Source of the DNA: Takakia lepidozioides | Taxonomy: Eukaryota > Plantae > Bryophyta | Length of the DNA: 64,000 nucleotides | Reading direction: 5' to 3' | NCBI GenBank assembly: GCA_030704615.1 | Contig: CM060731.1 | Span: 62,744,001-62,808,000 of the forward strand | In this document: positions 13,300 to 26,310 of the stretch, piece after piece | Layout: each line of letters begins with the position of its first letter | How positions within the stretch are numbered: position 1 is the first letter of the stretch | The notes under the pieces: model-generated | The model's input: the letters and a program-made list of their open reading frames with translations, nothing else | What the model was told of the DNA's origin: nothing | Database searches by the model: none | Translations under genes and position numbers: made by a program

Positions 13300-14119
13300 A
13301 TGGCTGCTATTCCAAATTAATATCTTTTGGATCCTTGCAAAGACGTAGTAGCTGCATCCAATTCCGTCATCAATGTCAAAGTTTCCTGGATGAGTCTTCC
13401 CTTTTAGACTAATTCAAGAAACTCAGGAGCCAACTGTGTGTTTCGTAGAGCACTGTCTTCAACTCGGATACACCTGTTCCGAATTTGGAATGAAGTTGGT
13501 AGAACTGCAAAGGGGGCAGTTGTTTGGGCGTCTTCATTATGGATCCTCATTTGCAACGCGTAAGATCTACCCACATATGTATGAGCAATTGGATCGATGT
13601 CCTTTCATCTCGTCAAGATTGCATGGGTCTGACAAAATGCAGATCATCTTGCGTTCAAGGCTTCCCCTGCCAGATTCCAAGTTGGTAGGTCGTCTTGACT
13701 ACACTGCAGGCTCTCACTAGTTTGTTTGTTGCCCGTGTACGACAGGGTGTGTGAGGGGATATGCTACAGGCGCTAACAAGGGTGAGCACGACGATAGAAC
13801 AGAGGAGGCAGAGGAGGCTGAATCTGAAGAAATGCATGTGAACACGAGGGTCAGAGATGAACTGAATGATTCCACAGGGATGAAAGACAAGGTTAAGGAT
13901 ACAATGCACAGTTTTGGTGAAAAGCTAGAAGGCGCAGGTGATCAGGTTAAGAGAGTTGCTAGTAGTGAATCCGAGGAAACAGAGAAGGGCGAAGGAGAAG
14001 GAACAGGGAAAGGCATTCTCAACAAGCTTGGAGATGTAGTTGAAGGAGCGGGTGGAACAGTCAAAGAGAAAAGCTCCAAGGATACATCCTATGGGGATGC
14101 TCAAGTTATAACTCAGTAA
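13300..14119 (+). pseudogene. Hydrophilic LEA-like protein gene, probably mitochondrion-targeted; first exon apparently disabled
   Basis: Exon 13746-14119 encodes an E/K/G-rich peptide with repeated KLEGAG/VVEGAG units, preceded by VRGYAT. The putative exon 1 from ATG 13300 has a frameshift and an ATGAGT (non-GT) donor. Confidence 0.45.
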
Positions 14120-14514
14120 CCTTGAAGGGAATGTTTCATCCCCTTCTCCTCCCTTTTGAAAGACCGTGTGGATTGAATGATCCGAACTTGTCAGTCAAGA
14201 ATTCTATTGATTGACCCCTGCTCAGTGTGATCAAGACACCATTGTGTCTTTCCCCAAATAAATTGAATCTCTATCATGCCGATTGTGGTTACAGTCTTTG
14301 CTCATTTCCCTCAACATGAAGAGTGTCATGTTGGCACCTCTTCAGAGACGCGCATGGAGATACTATCATTCATACAACAACAACAACTTGTCTGCATTCA
14401 CATTGTCATCAACTTGATGCTCAATCTACTTCAATAACACACACATCAAGCACTCCACAAGCCCATACTTTGACCTTTCTCATATATCCGATAGCAACTA
14501 TGAAAACAACCAAC

Positions 14515-14700
14515 ATGTAGCCCAGTGGTAAGGGCATATACCTACCCTTTATGAGTGGTTGTGGGTTCAAACCACTGTGTTGGTTGTTACAAAGGTGTCC
14601 ACCTTCCTACCGGAAAGAAGTAGCCCTTCTGGGTCAAGTGACACCATAAGTTGCGCTTGCTTCGGCAATGTGTCCACCTTTTTGTTTTTTCCTTTTTATC
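14515..14700 (+). mobile_element. tRNA-derived SINE, copy 1
   Basis: Pol III A box TAGCCCAGTGG (14518), B box GGTTCAAACC (14564), T-rich tail. Homologous to 41378-41557. Confidence 0.75.
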
Positions 14701-16083
14701 AGCTATGAACAAAGGGAATGTGAGAGTTCTAACTGGACACTTATCCCTCTTCCATCATCTCCAAGCACAAATGAGCCTGTTAGAAAAAGAACATGCTAAG
14801 AAGCTTCTTGCTCAAACTCTTCACCTTCACTTTCTTCCTCCACATTGTCAGCATCTTCATGCTCAACGTCAGGTCCGTAGTCCTCATGATCATTCTCAGG
14901 CGTGGTCTTCCCTAGTGGGTTCACCCCCTCATTGGCAATTCGAATCTCATTCCACTGCACAAAAGAGATCGCTCTTATCAGCTCTAATGCTGAGCTCTCC
15001 AAAGAAGAGGAAGGATGTGACTCTCATCGTAGCTGGCGTAACTAAGACCCACTTCCCCTTCCTGCTACTGTTCCTTTTGGGGATGAGCTCTATTGAGCTC
15101 TTTACAGACACAAATACACTTGATATTTGATCAGGTTGGTAGACTCATTGCGGAACAACTAATTGCCTCATAAGACGAGCAGATCCCTCAATTTGCCATT
15201 TAATTACACAGGGCCCATTGATGCAGGAATACTCATCACATATTGTATGAAAATTGAAAGATACTTTCTTATGTGAAAGCACTTCTTCCAAACCTAGTAA
15301 ATGTCGAAAACAGGGCAGTGTGTAAGTCTGCAACAATTGTACCATAACCCAATGCCAAGGTAAGACGACAACCGCACCTTCTCTTCAAGCTCCGCTTCCT
15401 CCTGAGCAAGAAGGGCTTCTTCATCATTGTTTGGTATCAGCCAATCATCCCAGTGATCAATAGTAGGCGGCACCAGCGTGGGAAATCCTTGCAACATGTT
15501 GCCGGCTGGCCCTCTACCTCCTCTGCCTAACTCTCTTCCACTATGCTGCAGCCGACCTGTGTTTGTCCAGGCAGGACCCTATAAATAAAATCGAGGACAA
15601 ACCAATTGTGGTGCGAGGTCTGGCACTTATAAAAATAAGCAATCACGGAGAACCAAAACTGACAGATATGCAATTGAGCTGGCCGTCGGGAACAGATTGG
15701 AAGCGGTAAGAAGACAAAATAGGGGGGAGGGAAAACGTGGTTTGGCAGCGGTCAACAGACAAAAAGAGCACGTATGAAGGGACAGAGATTTGTGCGCAGT
15801 AAGAGTAGATTCCAAATAGTGGGTTGGGTGTATGGGACGGCGTCAATGGTTGTGCAGTGACATCGGTCAAGTATTTGACTCTGCGATAATCCAGGTAGCT
15901 GGAGAGGGCAGGTCAGAACAAGTGGGATGCTGGGGGGATGCGAGTACAGTGATAAGCTCTGTTTACACTGTTTCCAAACGCTCTGGGATGCGGTGAGGGC
16001 TGAATGAGGTAGCATCTATACACATCCGCTCATCCAAGCTGGAGCAGTTGCCGCTGCTGGGTCCTGATAGCAGTGATCCGGGC

Positions 16084-19000
16084 ATGGCGGTTCCGGCTTC
16101 GACCAACGGAGGGCCTTTGGTCGGAAAGGGAGAAGATAATCTGACGTCGGGTGGAAGTGGGAGCTTTGGGGATCTTCAGGGAAAGGAAATTGAGATGGAT
16201 TCTGGCGAGCGTCGCCTGAATGAGCTCGGATACAAGCAGGAGCTTCGTCGGGAAATGGTAAGCTGAGCTGTTTTTTTTTCCCAGGAATGCACGACGAAAG
16301 GGCTTGAGGCTTTGCACAGGATAGCTCAAGTCCATCCCAGATTCCAGAGCCAATTTTCTGTGAGGTTTTGAGAAAGACATGAAAGTAAGCTGACAACGGT
16401 CTGCAGATTTGCGTCGAGACCTTGCTTGGGAGAGTGAGGTCTGTCCAATTTCAGCCACCACTGCTGGAAGTCGTTTTCTCAGAGAAGATGTGACCAGCAG
16501 CTCTGGTGAATTTAGATTGCAAGTTATGACATACTCTGTTGATTACTGTTGTGACAAGCTATAAGACTGCGTCTGTGAACGTCAAGGGGGAGGAGGGGGG
16601 ATCTGGTGGTCGGTGCATGCATTGGACGGGATAGTGGAGCCAGTAGTGGTGGGAACCGATGGTGACTGTCCGAACAAAGTCAGAAAACAAAGTGAGATGT
16701 TGTGTTAATGATTCATCAGGCAAACCAGTTGGTCCTTATTTCAGTGAGGCTAGAAACCAATCCGTTGCCACAGTACTCTCATGATACATACTCATGATAG
16801 ATTCTGATAACATTATTTGGAGTGGTTGACAATGGGATGGGTGTGCAGACACTGTTCAAATGTATGGCAATTGCGTTTTCCACCATGACTTTATTTACAG
16901 GCATAACGCCCCTCTATGGAAGTAGCCTTGCATATGCAGGACCTGTTGGGGTGGTTTGGGGCTGGGTGGTGGTGACATTTTTTACCTGGTTCGTGGGCTT
17001 TGCAATGGCTGAAATTTGCTCCTCTTTTCCAGTAAGTTCTTCATTTCTCACACTAAAAATCCATAGCCATAATGTATACAGGAGGCTGCCAAGTCTCTGT
17101 TTCTCACAGATTTTGATCAAAGCAAAATATGTTGAAGTCTCTTGCTTCTGACGGTCTATTTCATATAAATGGACCATTGTCTTCTCTGGTGTGAAGGTGC
17201 CTGTACCAACAGCAGTAAGCCACAGTTCATGTTTGTTTCTGGGTTGATTGGGAAATGACAGACAACAGGGTCACTCTACTTTTGGGCAGCGCACTTGGCA
17301 GGGCCTAGATGGGGCCCGCTAGCATCGTGGATATGTGCATGGCTGGAAGCCATCGGCCTAATTGCTGGTATTGGGACTCAGGTAGGACGTTCTAATGACC
17401 ATTAAGTGTTCTAGGGGACACGTCTATTGTTCGGGAGCTTGTCATTAGAGTCAGGACCCCCACTAGCTGGTGGAATTTGTAATCCTCTTAAGACTCTGCC
17501 CAGGGTAAAGGTCACTCTTGCATGAGACGTCATGACTGAGCTTTGATAACGCTATACTTCCATAACGGTTCTATCAGGAGAAGTCCATGCTATCGGTCTC
17601 ACAGCTGACGTCATTTTCCCTCTTTGTGTTGCACTCATCGCCATAGCACACTCATACATATGTCCATCTGTCAAAAAATCCTCCATTGCAATCCATCAGG
17701 ACTACTTAGGACCCTGAACTCCAAAGACCCATGTACCTTGAACCCATGGCATATAAGGGCCAGCCTCTTTATTTAAATCCTCTAGGCATGACCTGTGATC
17801 TGATCGTTGAGAATTCTTGTGGTTTGGCGTAGGCGTATGCAGGAACGCAAACCTTGCAAAATATAATATTACTGTGCACCGGTACCAACAAGCATGGAGG
17901 CTACTTTGCACCCCCGGGCGTGTTTTTAGCAATATATATTGGCCTGTGCATCATATGGGCAGTGCTCAATACATTTGCATTAAATGTCATAGCCTTAATC
18001 GACATGGTATCTATCTATTGGCAGGTCAGAAGCCTCTTCCCTCTTCCAACTTTGATTGCGGATCATCCCTCATTGCTGATATACTTTTGATGAGCATTAC
18101 TTCTGCTGTCAGGACACATGAAACAGGAAATCAATTCAGTTGTAACTGGAGTATCACAGAGACCACTTGTGCCTGTAGGGTGCATAGGTGCATACACAGT
18201 AATTAGGGAGAACAAACTTAGGGAGATTGACTTGGTTGAACTATAGGACTTGTTGTACACCAAATTGACGTCACTCATGAGATTCCCAAATTGTGAAAGA
18301 TGAAATTGACATGGAATGAATGTTGGTTGATAGAATACTTACATTGGAACGCTCTGCCAGGTGGTAGGAGGTGCAATCATTGTGATACTGCTGCCGTTGG
18401 TTGCAACCAGCACTCAACCTGCATCCTATGTGTTCACACACTTTGAAACATCCCCAAGCATGACAGGCATCAAAAGTGGGTCTTATGCCATAGTTATGTC
18501 TTGGTTGGTCAGTCAGTATTCACTATATGGGTATGATGCTGCAGCACATTTGACGGAGGAGACAAGAGGGGCTGATATTAATGGCCCAATTGCAATTCTC
18601 TCCAGTATTGGTCTCATTTCTGTCTTCGGGTGGGCATTCATATTGGCTCTCACATTTAGTATCAAGGTAACCAGTCCATTTCCGTTTCCTTCTGCTGTTT
18701 AGTCTTGATGGGAAGTTTTAGTTTGGAGGTGATCACGACATTTTGGCCCACCAGAGTACTACTCATTCTGGAACCTGGTGAGGCATTTCCTACAATCTCA
18801 ACATGAAATTGGCATTTCGCCTTCCCCATGGCAACAGCAATATGGTTACAGAAGATAAGGGCTGCGATTTATTTCCTAAAGGGATTTTTGAGTACAACAC
18901 TGCAATTTACTCCTCAAGTGTAACATAGGTGTACCATGTGGCTGCAATCGCTGCGCCAGTCACACCGGAGTAGGGAATCTCACCAAGAGAGTCTGATTAG

Positions 19001-19858
19001 AAAGGGAGGGAGGTGGGCAAATGACCACTTCAAACTCACAGACTGATTGATTTAGTTATTCATGGTGGAATCTGCAGGATCCAACGTATCTATTTGACCC
19101 AAGCAATGAGACAGCGGGTAGCTTTGTGCCCGCTCAAATTTTGTACGATGCATTTCATGGGCGATATCACAATGCTTCAGGCGCAATTGTGTTACTCTGT
19201 ATCATCTGGGGATCTTTCTTCTTTGGTGGCCTTTCCATCACCACCAGTGCGGCTCGTGTTGTAAGTGTCATCTGACTATGAAAACCAGTAGTTCGTTCCA
19301 GACATAGAGGAGTAAATGGTGCTGAAACCTATGACTTTGCTCAATTTATGGCAGGTATATGCACTGTCACGTGATGGAGGAGTCCCGTTCTCAAGGCTCT
19401 GGCGCAAAGTTCACCCACGTTTTAAAGTCCCAGCCAATGCAGTCTGGTTTTGTGTGTCCTTCGCCATTCTTATGGGTTTTCCTATACTCAAGATCAACGT
19501 TGTATTCACTGCTATAACCTCAATTTGCACTATTGGGTGGGTGGGCGGCTACGCTGTTCCAATTTTCTGTCGGATGGTGATGCGCTCAGAGGATTTCAAA
19601 CCAGGTCCCTTCTACCTCGGCAAAGCCAGTCGCGGGATTTGCCTTGTATCCTTTGTTTGGATTTGCTACACATGCATTGTCTTCCTTCTTCCCACCCAAT
19701 ACCCTATCAAACTTTCCACCTTCAATTATGCACCTGCGGCTCTTGGGTTTGTTTTGACAATCATAATGGGTTGGTGGATATTTGATGCCCGACGGTGGTT
19801 TAAAGGTCCTGTCCGGGAGATTTTTGATCTTCCTGGAAAAGGTTCTATACCCCAGTAA
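16084..19858 (+). CDS. Amino-acid/GABA permease, BAT1/GABP-like (APC superfamily); 7 exons approx. 16084-16257, 16849-17031, 17262-17381, 17832-18024, 18361-18666, 19078-19260, 19355-19858
   Basis: DSGERRLNELGYKQELRREM, MAEICSSFP|TTGSLYFWAAHLAGPRWGP, SQYSLYGYDAAAHLTEET, YALSRDGGVPFS and terminal ARRWFKGPVREI, with GT-AG introns. Confidence 0.95.
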
Positions 19859-20375
19859 CACATTTTGTGTGAAGAGTGACTTCGATTGCAGATCCTTCCA
19901 TTAGGTCCTATATAGTCAAGATGGGATTATAGAGATTGTGATATTCAGACATTGTTTTCCGTGCCCTATTAAAACCTCTCAATTGAAAAGAGATAGATAC
20001 AAATCTAACTCCAAACAAAATGCAACTTACCAGGCATTAGAGCTCCCTGGTGGTGTCACACAGTTAAATGTGGCTTCAACATTTTCACTTCCAGCAATTG
20101 GTTGTGATTAATACCAATGTCAGGCATTCAAATGGAAAGCTGAGGGAATGAATGTTGGCTATGAATATGAGTGGTTGTGCAGTCATATATGGTATGCAGT
20201 CAACCACAGTTGAATGAAAACCCTGTTTGCAATAGGTCAATCTGTGTTCATGGATCCTGCTCTAACTAAATTGGTTTAACTGCCATCTTTTGCCACACTG
20301 GGGTGAGCTTCTAATCGACTTATTATTCTTGGCACTGTTCACGGACAAGAAAGGGAATAGGTTGATTTGAGTGAG

Positions 20376-20970
20376 CAGCACACAGTTAGTTGTATTTGCT
20401 TCAGGTGGACACCGAAAAATTAAGTCAGATTCAAAAAGGGAGGAAGTCAGAGAAGGGTAAGAACAAGCAACCAGCTCAAATATGAGTACAATTGAGCATG
20501 TGCCTGAAAGACGGATAATAATTAAAAGGGGTTTCTCAGTATGTGAGGGATGTAGTTCTCATTGACCACATGGCTGAGGGCAATCTGGGTACAATTCAAT
20601 CCTTCAACCTTCCATCAAGGCTTGGGTCCAGAGCAGCAGGCTCTGTGAATTCAACGGACGTTAAACACACTTTAACCTTAGCTTCTTCATAAATTTACTA
20701 TCTTCAAAAGTTACAGATCCCATCTTTAAAGCCAACCTGGCTAGTGAAGTTCCCTTTGGAAGCACCTCCAAAGGTGAACTACTAAGTGAAATAGTACTAA
20801 CAGGGTCAAATGAGAGTTTGTCATTTGGGTGACTGGACTATCACAAAATCTACGAGAATACAGCCCCTTTGATAGAGATGGTGTGCTCTTTTGGCATGTT
20901 TAGTGGGACAGTTCCTTCGTCCTCAAACAAAAGAGAAGAGAGATTTGCACATACAGGTCTTTAAACCAAA
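20376..20970. repeat. Rearranged partial duplicate of the 27.7-28.6 kb locus (direct copy 20376-20765, inverted copy about 20803-20968)
   Basis: 20376-20765 aligns with 28246-28595 (AAATTAAGTCAGATTCAAAA...CCTTCCATCAAGGCTTGGGTCCAGAGCAG). The reverse complement of 20803-20968 aligns with 27698-27865. Confidence 0.85.
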
Positions 20971-22149
20971 CCAGTGCTGTCTTTCTCGTCTTTATTGAGC
21001 CATGGCATTGACGTAGTTTCGAGGACTGGGTCCTTCGTGCAGGGGTTCTGCACCTGACAGAGTAAGGACGTGTCCAACATGTCTCTAGTTATTGAGGTTC
21101 CGTCCCTGTGACTGCAAAGGCACAGTGGACTAATTCAGAGCCTCTACAGCTGACTTTTCTGCAAATCTAGTTCTTGCCGGAACGGCGTGATCTATTAAAA
21201 TCATGTCTCCAGTTCGCCCCGAAGAAGATTCATTCCATTTCTAGTAACATCTTACTTTGTATATGCCTCCATGCAAATGAAGGGCGTGTTGGATATAAGG
21301 TGGCATCATATGTTGCCAACAATAAAGTGTGTGAAGCTGGACAGCGGAAAATAGAAGCTGTCTCAAGGGTTACAGAGCAGTTACTGGGAAATCATTCCAG
21401 GTAGCACAAGGCCTTGCCACCGATCAGGAGAACAGACATGAGGGAATGAAAATTCAGTTGTCACAAGCTAAATAGCATGTGGCCAAAAAATTCAGAAAAT
21501 GAAATTCACTCCCACAAAATAAATCGGATGGTTTCATGGTCATCTCATCCTCCGTCGAAACACCGTCAATTCAGGTCGTTTCTGTTTGACGTGCACCTGC
21601 ACTCAATTGTCTAAGCCTCACGCATCTATCGATAAAAAAGAAAAAGAAAATCACATCTATCGATCGAAAATTCGGTTTGCACTTTCAGAATGACTTTTCA
21701 GTCCATCACCCGGTGCTTCCAGAGTATCTGAGCAACTTTCTTCTATATGAAAAATCGCCAAACGCAGGTCAACGTAAATGCATAGAATGGGGCTAAGAGA
21801 GTGTGATTCATTATTTCCAGCAAGCTTGAAGTTGAAAATCTGATTGAGTTGAAAATCTGATTGAGGCTCTTCAAAAGAGGAGAAGTGCATGTGGAAGCCC
21901 ACTATTTCATGTCTAGAATTGACAAGGGGAGAACCCATAGCCTATTGGAAAGGGTACCAATAGAGGCTTTGAATTGTTTGAAGAAGGAATCTTTGTGTGG
22001 TTGGTTACTAATTTGTAATATAGTCAGTTCTGGAAAAAGAAGGCCAGCAGACTAGAACTATGATATAAGGCCACTATAAGGTCACTATGGGCTAATCCCC
22101 CCCTCCCCCCAACTAGCCAGCCATGGAGGCCTATGGAAGGGTGGGTTGT

Positions 22150-22890
22150 ATTTTTTTTGTCCTCGGTTTGGGCGGGCTGGGCGGGGGTTTGGGCGGGCTG
22201 GGCGGGGTTGCGAGCAGTCCGTAAAGGGCTCGGGTGCTGCGCCTAGAGAGTAGGCACTCGATTACTAAAAGCATGGAGGCAGCTGTGGCCCAGCCACGAC
22301 GTACTGGGAGCGGGGCCAGCGCTGACCTTAAGTCCTACTGAGATAAGTACATAAGGCATGAGACCCTAAAGCGTGCGAGCAGAGGCCGGGTCTTTACCCG
22401 CAAAATAACCAAAAGTTGAGACGGACCGGCAGACGCTAGCGTTCTGCAAATTCCCTTAAAATGGGGTATTCTTAACTTTAGCTATTAAATTCAATTTACA
22501 CCCCTCTAAGGGTTATGAGCCATTATCTAAGGCGTCAGTGATAGATGAAATCGGGAGGACGTAGCCTTGGAGGGGAGCGTTCTTATGACTCCAAGAGAGA
22601 GCCAAGCGGGTCTGTGAGCAGTAAACTAGAGGCGGAGACCTCGAGAGACAAGGGAGGAGAGAAAGTACTCTGTCCTAAAAACTCGGCTACAATGCGCCTT
22701 TGTGTCTGAGCCCAAGGTAGAGGATGACTTTTTCCACGGAGGGAAAGCGCACCAGCCCTTAAAACAGGTAGAAGAGATCAAAGCTTCACCAAATATGGCA
22801 CAAACAGAGGTTCCAGCGAGACATCTGCTTGTCCAATTAAGATGTATGGAAGAAGGTACAGTTTGGTTCCTAAGGGGATTGCTAAACCAT
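22150..22890 (-). mobile_element. Highly decayed L1-like LINE 3' fragment
   Basis: Peptide LWFSNP...W...AGTSVCAIF resembles the post-RT segment PVFGNP...W..KGLSHIANVW of the L1 at 43 kb. The similarity is weak. Confidence 0.35.
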
Positions 22891-25420
22891 AGCAAAATCC
22901 GTCAGCCAAAAATTCCGTCAGCAAAAAATTCCGTGAGCAGAATTCTGCTCACGCTTCTGGATGTACTCACCTATAACCGCAGACACCTATTCGGCTTAGA
23001 GGACCTATTACTACGGGTAGTGTCCAGTTTAACATGCATACCAATTCATCGTTATGGATGAATGACGGATGAATGATGGATGAATGGGCGATGAATGTAT
23101 GTTGGACGAATGGCACATGAATGAATGTAGTTTGTGGTTGAATGCAAAATTAAAAAGCATTTTTGAGTAGTGGTTGCCAAATCCCCTGAGCTCCATAGTG
23201 AACCTCTGCCAACTACAGAGGGTTGTGGTTGTCCTTTGACCAGGTATCCTAAGTCGAGAGATGCTGACACCCAATTGCAAAGAAGGTGGAGGGCCCGTTT
23301 GGTGCTTTAATATAAATCGTTTGAAACAACCGATTTCCATTCCGACGAAGAATATCCACTGCTACTGGAGTCGGAGTCTAAAACGAAGGTAGAACTGTCT
23401 ATGAAGACACTAGCCTTGCTTTGCACAAAATCCTCTCTGTCATAAAGCACAGGAGGGAGAGAAGAGATGAGACTAAATTTGTAAGCTGCAGCCTCCGCAT
23501 AACATGACATATGTAACGTTTTCTGGTGTGCTATTTGGGTGAATGATATCTACAAAATTGTTCGGACCCACATAACTTATGATTTGTTGTCATGGGCCTT
23601 CTTCCATGTGACCAGAAATCCATGCTGGGTAAACGCCAGGTCTTTTGCTTGTTCGGACCACATAACTTATGATTTGTTGTCATGTCCTTCTTCCATGTGT
23701 TGCATCTTTATGCCAAAGCTTTGCTTCAGCAAGTTTTTCATTTGCAAGTTTTTCAGTTTTTATTTTTATTTTTATTTTATCCCCCAAATGTGCTAGATTA
23801 AGGTGTCGTCAACGACACCTTTGATCTGGCTAGTCTTCTGGTGTGTTATTTGGGGTGAATGGCATCTACAAATTGCTCGGACCACATAACTTATGTTTCG
23901 TTATAATGTTATTCTTCCATGTGACCAGAAATCCATGTTGGGTAAACGCTAGGTCTTTTGCTTCAAAGCACGGGTTGGGTTCATTTTGCAAGTTGTCCAA
24001 TTTTTATTTTTATTTTTATTTTTTCCCCAAATAAAGGTATCGTCAACGACACCTTAATCTGGCTGGTCTTTTTGTGTGTTATTTGGGGTGAATGGCATCT
24101 ACAAATTGCTTGGACCACATAACTTATGATTCGTTGTCATGTTATTCTTCCATGTGACCAGAAATCCAAGCTGGGTAAATGCTAGGTCTTTTGTTTGCAA
24201 AGCAGGGGTTGGGTTCATTTGCAAGTTGTCCAATTTTTATTTTTATTTTATTTTTTCCCGAATGGCTGGTCATTTGCAAGTTTTCCGAATATATATATAT
24301 ATATAATATTTTTATTTTATTTTATTTTTCCCCGAATGTGCCAAATAAATGCTAGGTCTTTTGGTTGCAAAGCATGGGTTGGGTTCATTTGTAGGTTTTT
24401 TCAAAAAAAAGAAAAAAAAAGTTATTATTGTTATTATTATATTATATTTTCCCCCTGGCTGGTCTTTTGGTGTGCTATTTGGGGTGAATGGCATCTACAA
24501 TTTACTCGGCTTATGATTCGTTGTCATGTCCTTCTTCCATGTGACCATAAATCCATGCTGGGTAAACGCCAGGTCTTTTGTTGCAAACCAAGGGCTCGGT
24601 TCATTTGCAAGTTTTCAAAACATAATAATATAATAATAATAATAATAATTATTATTATTATTATTATCCCCGAATGTGTCAGAAAGGTGTTGTCATCGAC
24701 ACCTTAATCTGGATGGTCTTCTGGTGTGCGATTTGGGGTGAATGGCATCTACAAATTGCTCAACTTATGATTCGTTGTCACGTCCTTCTTCCAGGTGACG
24801 AGAAATTCATGCTGGGTAAACGCCAGGTCTTTTGCTTGCAAAGCAGAGGTTGGGTTCATTTGCAAGTTTTCCAAAAACAAAACAAAAAAAAATAATATTT
24901 TTAATATTTTTAATATTTTTTGTTTTTCCCCTCCTGAATGTGCCGGATGAAGGTGGCATTGATGCCAGCTTGATCTGGCTGGTCTTATGGGCTGGGATTA
25001 AGCTTCTGCCAAATTAAAATACACTTATTTAAACTCAACAACACATGGATCCCTGCGCACATGCTGATCGGTAAGGATACATGTTGTTACAGTCATCCAT
25101 GGTTCACTTATCTATGCAATTTTTCATCCGACACTCATCCAACGTTCATCCAATGTTCATCCATTCCCTTTTATATTCATCACAAATACATCCATCCGTC
25201 AGTTTTTCATCGCACATTCGTGCCACATTGTCGTCATGGAGCTTGTCTGTCTTCGGTCCGATGGAGAGAAGATTGTGTCGCTGCAGTGGAATTTGTGTCC
25301 ACGGCAATAGGCCCACTTGTTCCCTCACTTTTAGGGTCCGCATCAATAATCTGCTCACGCTTAGGGGAATCTGCTCACGGATAAGGGAATTTGCTCACGG
25401 GTTCTGCTCATGCCTTTACT
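22883..25420. mobile_element. Non-autonomous TIR-like DNA element with repetitive inverted ends
   Basis: Left end has CCGTCAGC/CCGTGAGCAGA repeats then GGATGAA repeats. Right end has TTCATCC repeats then TGCTCACG(G) repeats, the reverse complements in mirror order. No TSD identified. Confidence 0.65.
23520..24990 (+). repeat. Tandem array of about 5.5 units (230-400 bp) with a conserved core and variable AT-rich linkers
   Basis: Core CTGGCTGGTCTT.TGGTGTG.TATTTGGGGTGAATGGCATCTACAAATT...ATCCATGCTGGGTAAACGCCAGGTCTTTTG starts at about 23521, 23826, 24059, 24455, 24709 and 24976 (partial). Confidence 0.92.
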
Positions 25421-25589
25421 ACCCTCGGTTCCTAAATGCTAATTCACAGCGTCAAGAGCATCCAACCATTGTGAGTAACTTTGAAGCACCTGAGACTCGA
25501 ATGCTTGACGCGAAAGAGCTTCCTCGCACATGTAGCATGAAACGTCCTGTGTGTCTAGTTCTACGAGAGCTCATAACAGGGTACTTAGA

Positions 25590-26090
25590 ATGTTCTTGAA
25601 AAAATGAAAAATTTGGCGTGGGTAGGTCCAAGGGACCCTTATTGTGTTTATTTTGTTTTGTTTTGTGAAGGCCCTTACGGGGTCATTGGAGCAGGCGGTG
25701 GCGACTTCAAGTGCCCCACCTGCCCCTTACATGTTCTCTTGGCTTCCCCAATTTCCACAAAGGCCTTGTGAGCTCCCGAGGAAGTAGTACCAAAAGAGAC
25801 TTTAAGAACAGTTTAGCTGCGTTCTTCTTTGACTTTTCCTTGCTTTCTCCCAATTCCCCGGAGACCTTGAGCTCCCAACGAATTAGATCCCGACAAGAGA
25901 GCCTTTAAAGACCGCTTAGCTCCTGTCTTCTTGGATTTTCTCTTGACAGAACCGAATTCCCCGGAGGCCTTGTGAGATCTCGGAAAATGTCGACCTGTCT
26001 GAAAGAGATAGTCCAAATGCATCTTTGCTTCCATTGCAACCTCGTAAGAGTTGTTTACCACAAATTTTACCACAAATTCCCCCAAGAGTC
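25590..26090 (-). pseudogene. Decayed tandem dsRBD-like coding remnant, copy 1
   Basis: Two repeats, GEFGSVKRKSKKTGAKRSLKALL and GELGESKEKSKKNAAKLFLKSLL, resemble the dsRBD final helix. DNA is homologous to 62790-63220. Confidence 0.4.
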
Positions 26091-26310
26091 TAGCTTCCTG
26101 GCAGCCTTGTGAGATGCAAGAGAGTCCATACTTATGAGAAATTAATGACAGAATGGTGCCCTAGGTCCATTTATAGTTTGAATATTCATCGACTCCATTC
26201 ATCCATTCAAGTCGATGACAAACAAAAAAGGGCATACCAGGAAAGACGAGATGGTTAAGGCCGGGTACCACGGGGTACCGTCAGCATAGGGTGGCCCTTT
26301 AATTTGGCAG

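Noticed and set aside
14515-14590. Functional tRNA gene
   Set aside because: A and B boxes are present but no acceptor-stem cloverleaf is evident, and homology extends into a SINE-like body.
14790-15560. Acidic minus-strand ORF fragments, possibly a transposase remnant
   Set aside because: No diagnostic catalytic motif or termini, so it cannot be classified.
23520-24990. CRISPR-like repeat/spacer array
   Set aside because: Units are over 200 bp, linkers are low-complexity AT tracts, there are no cas genes, and the context is eukaryotic.
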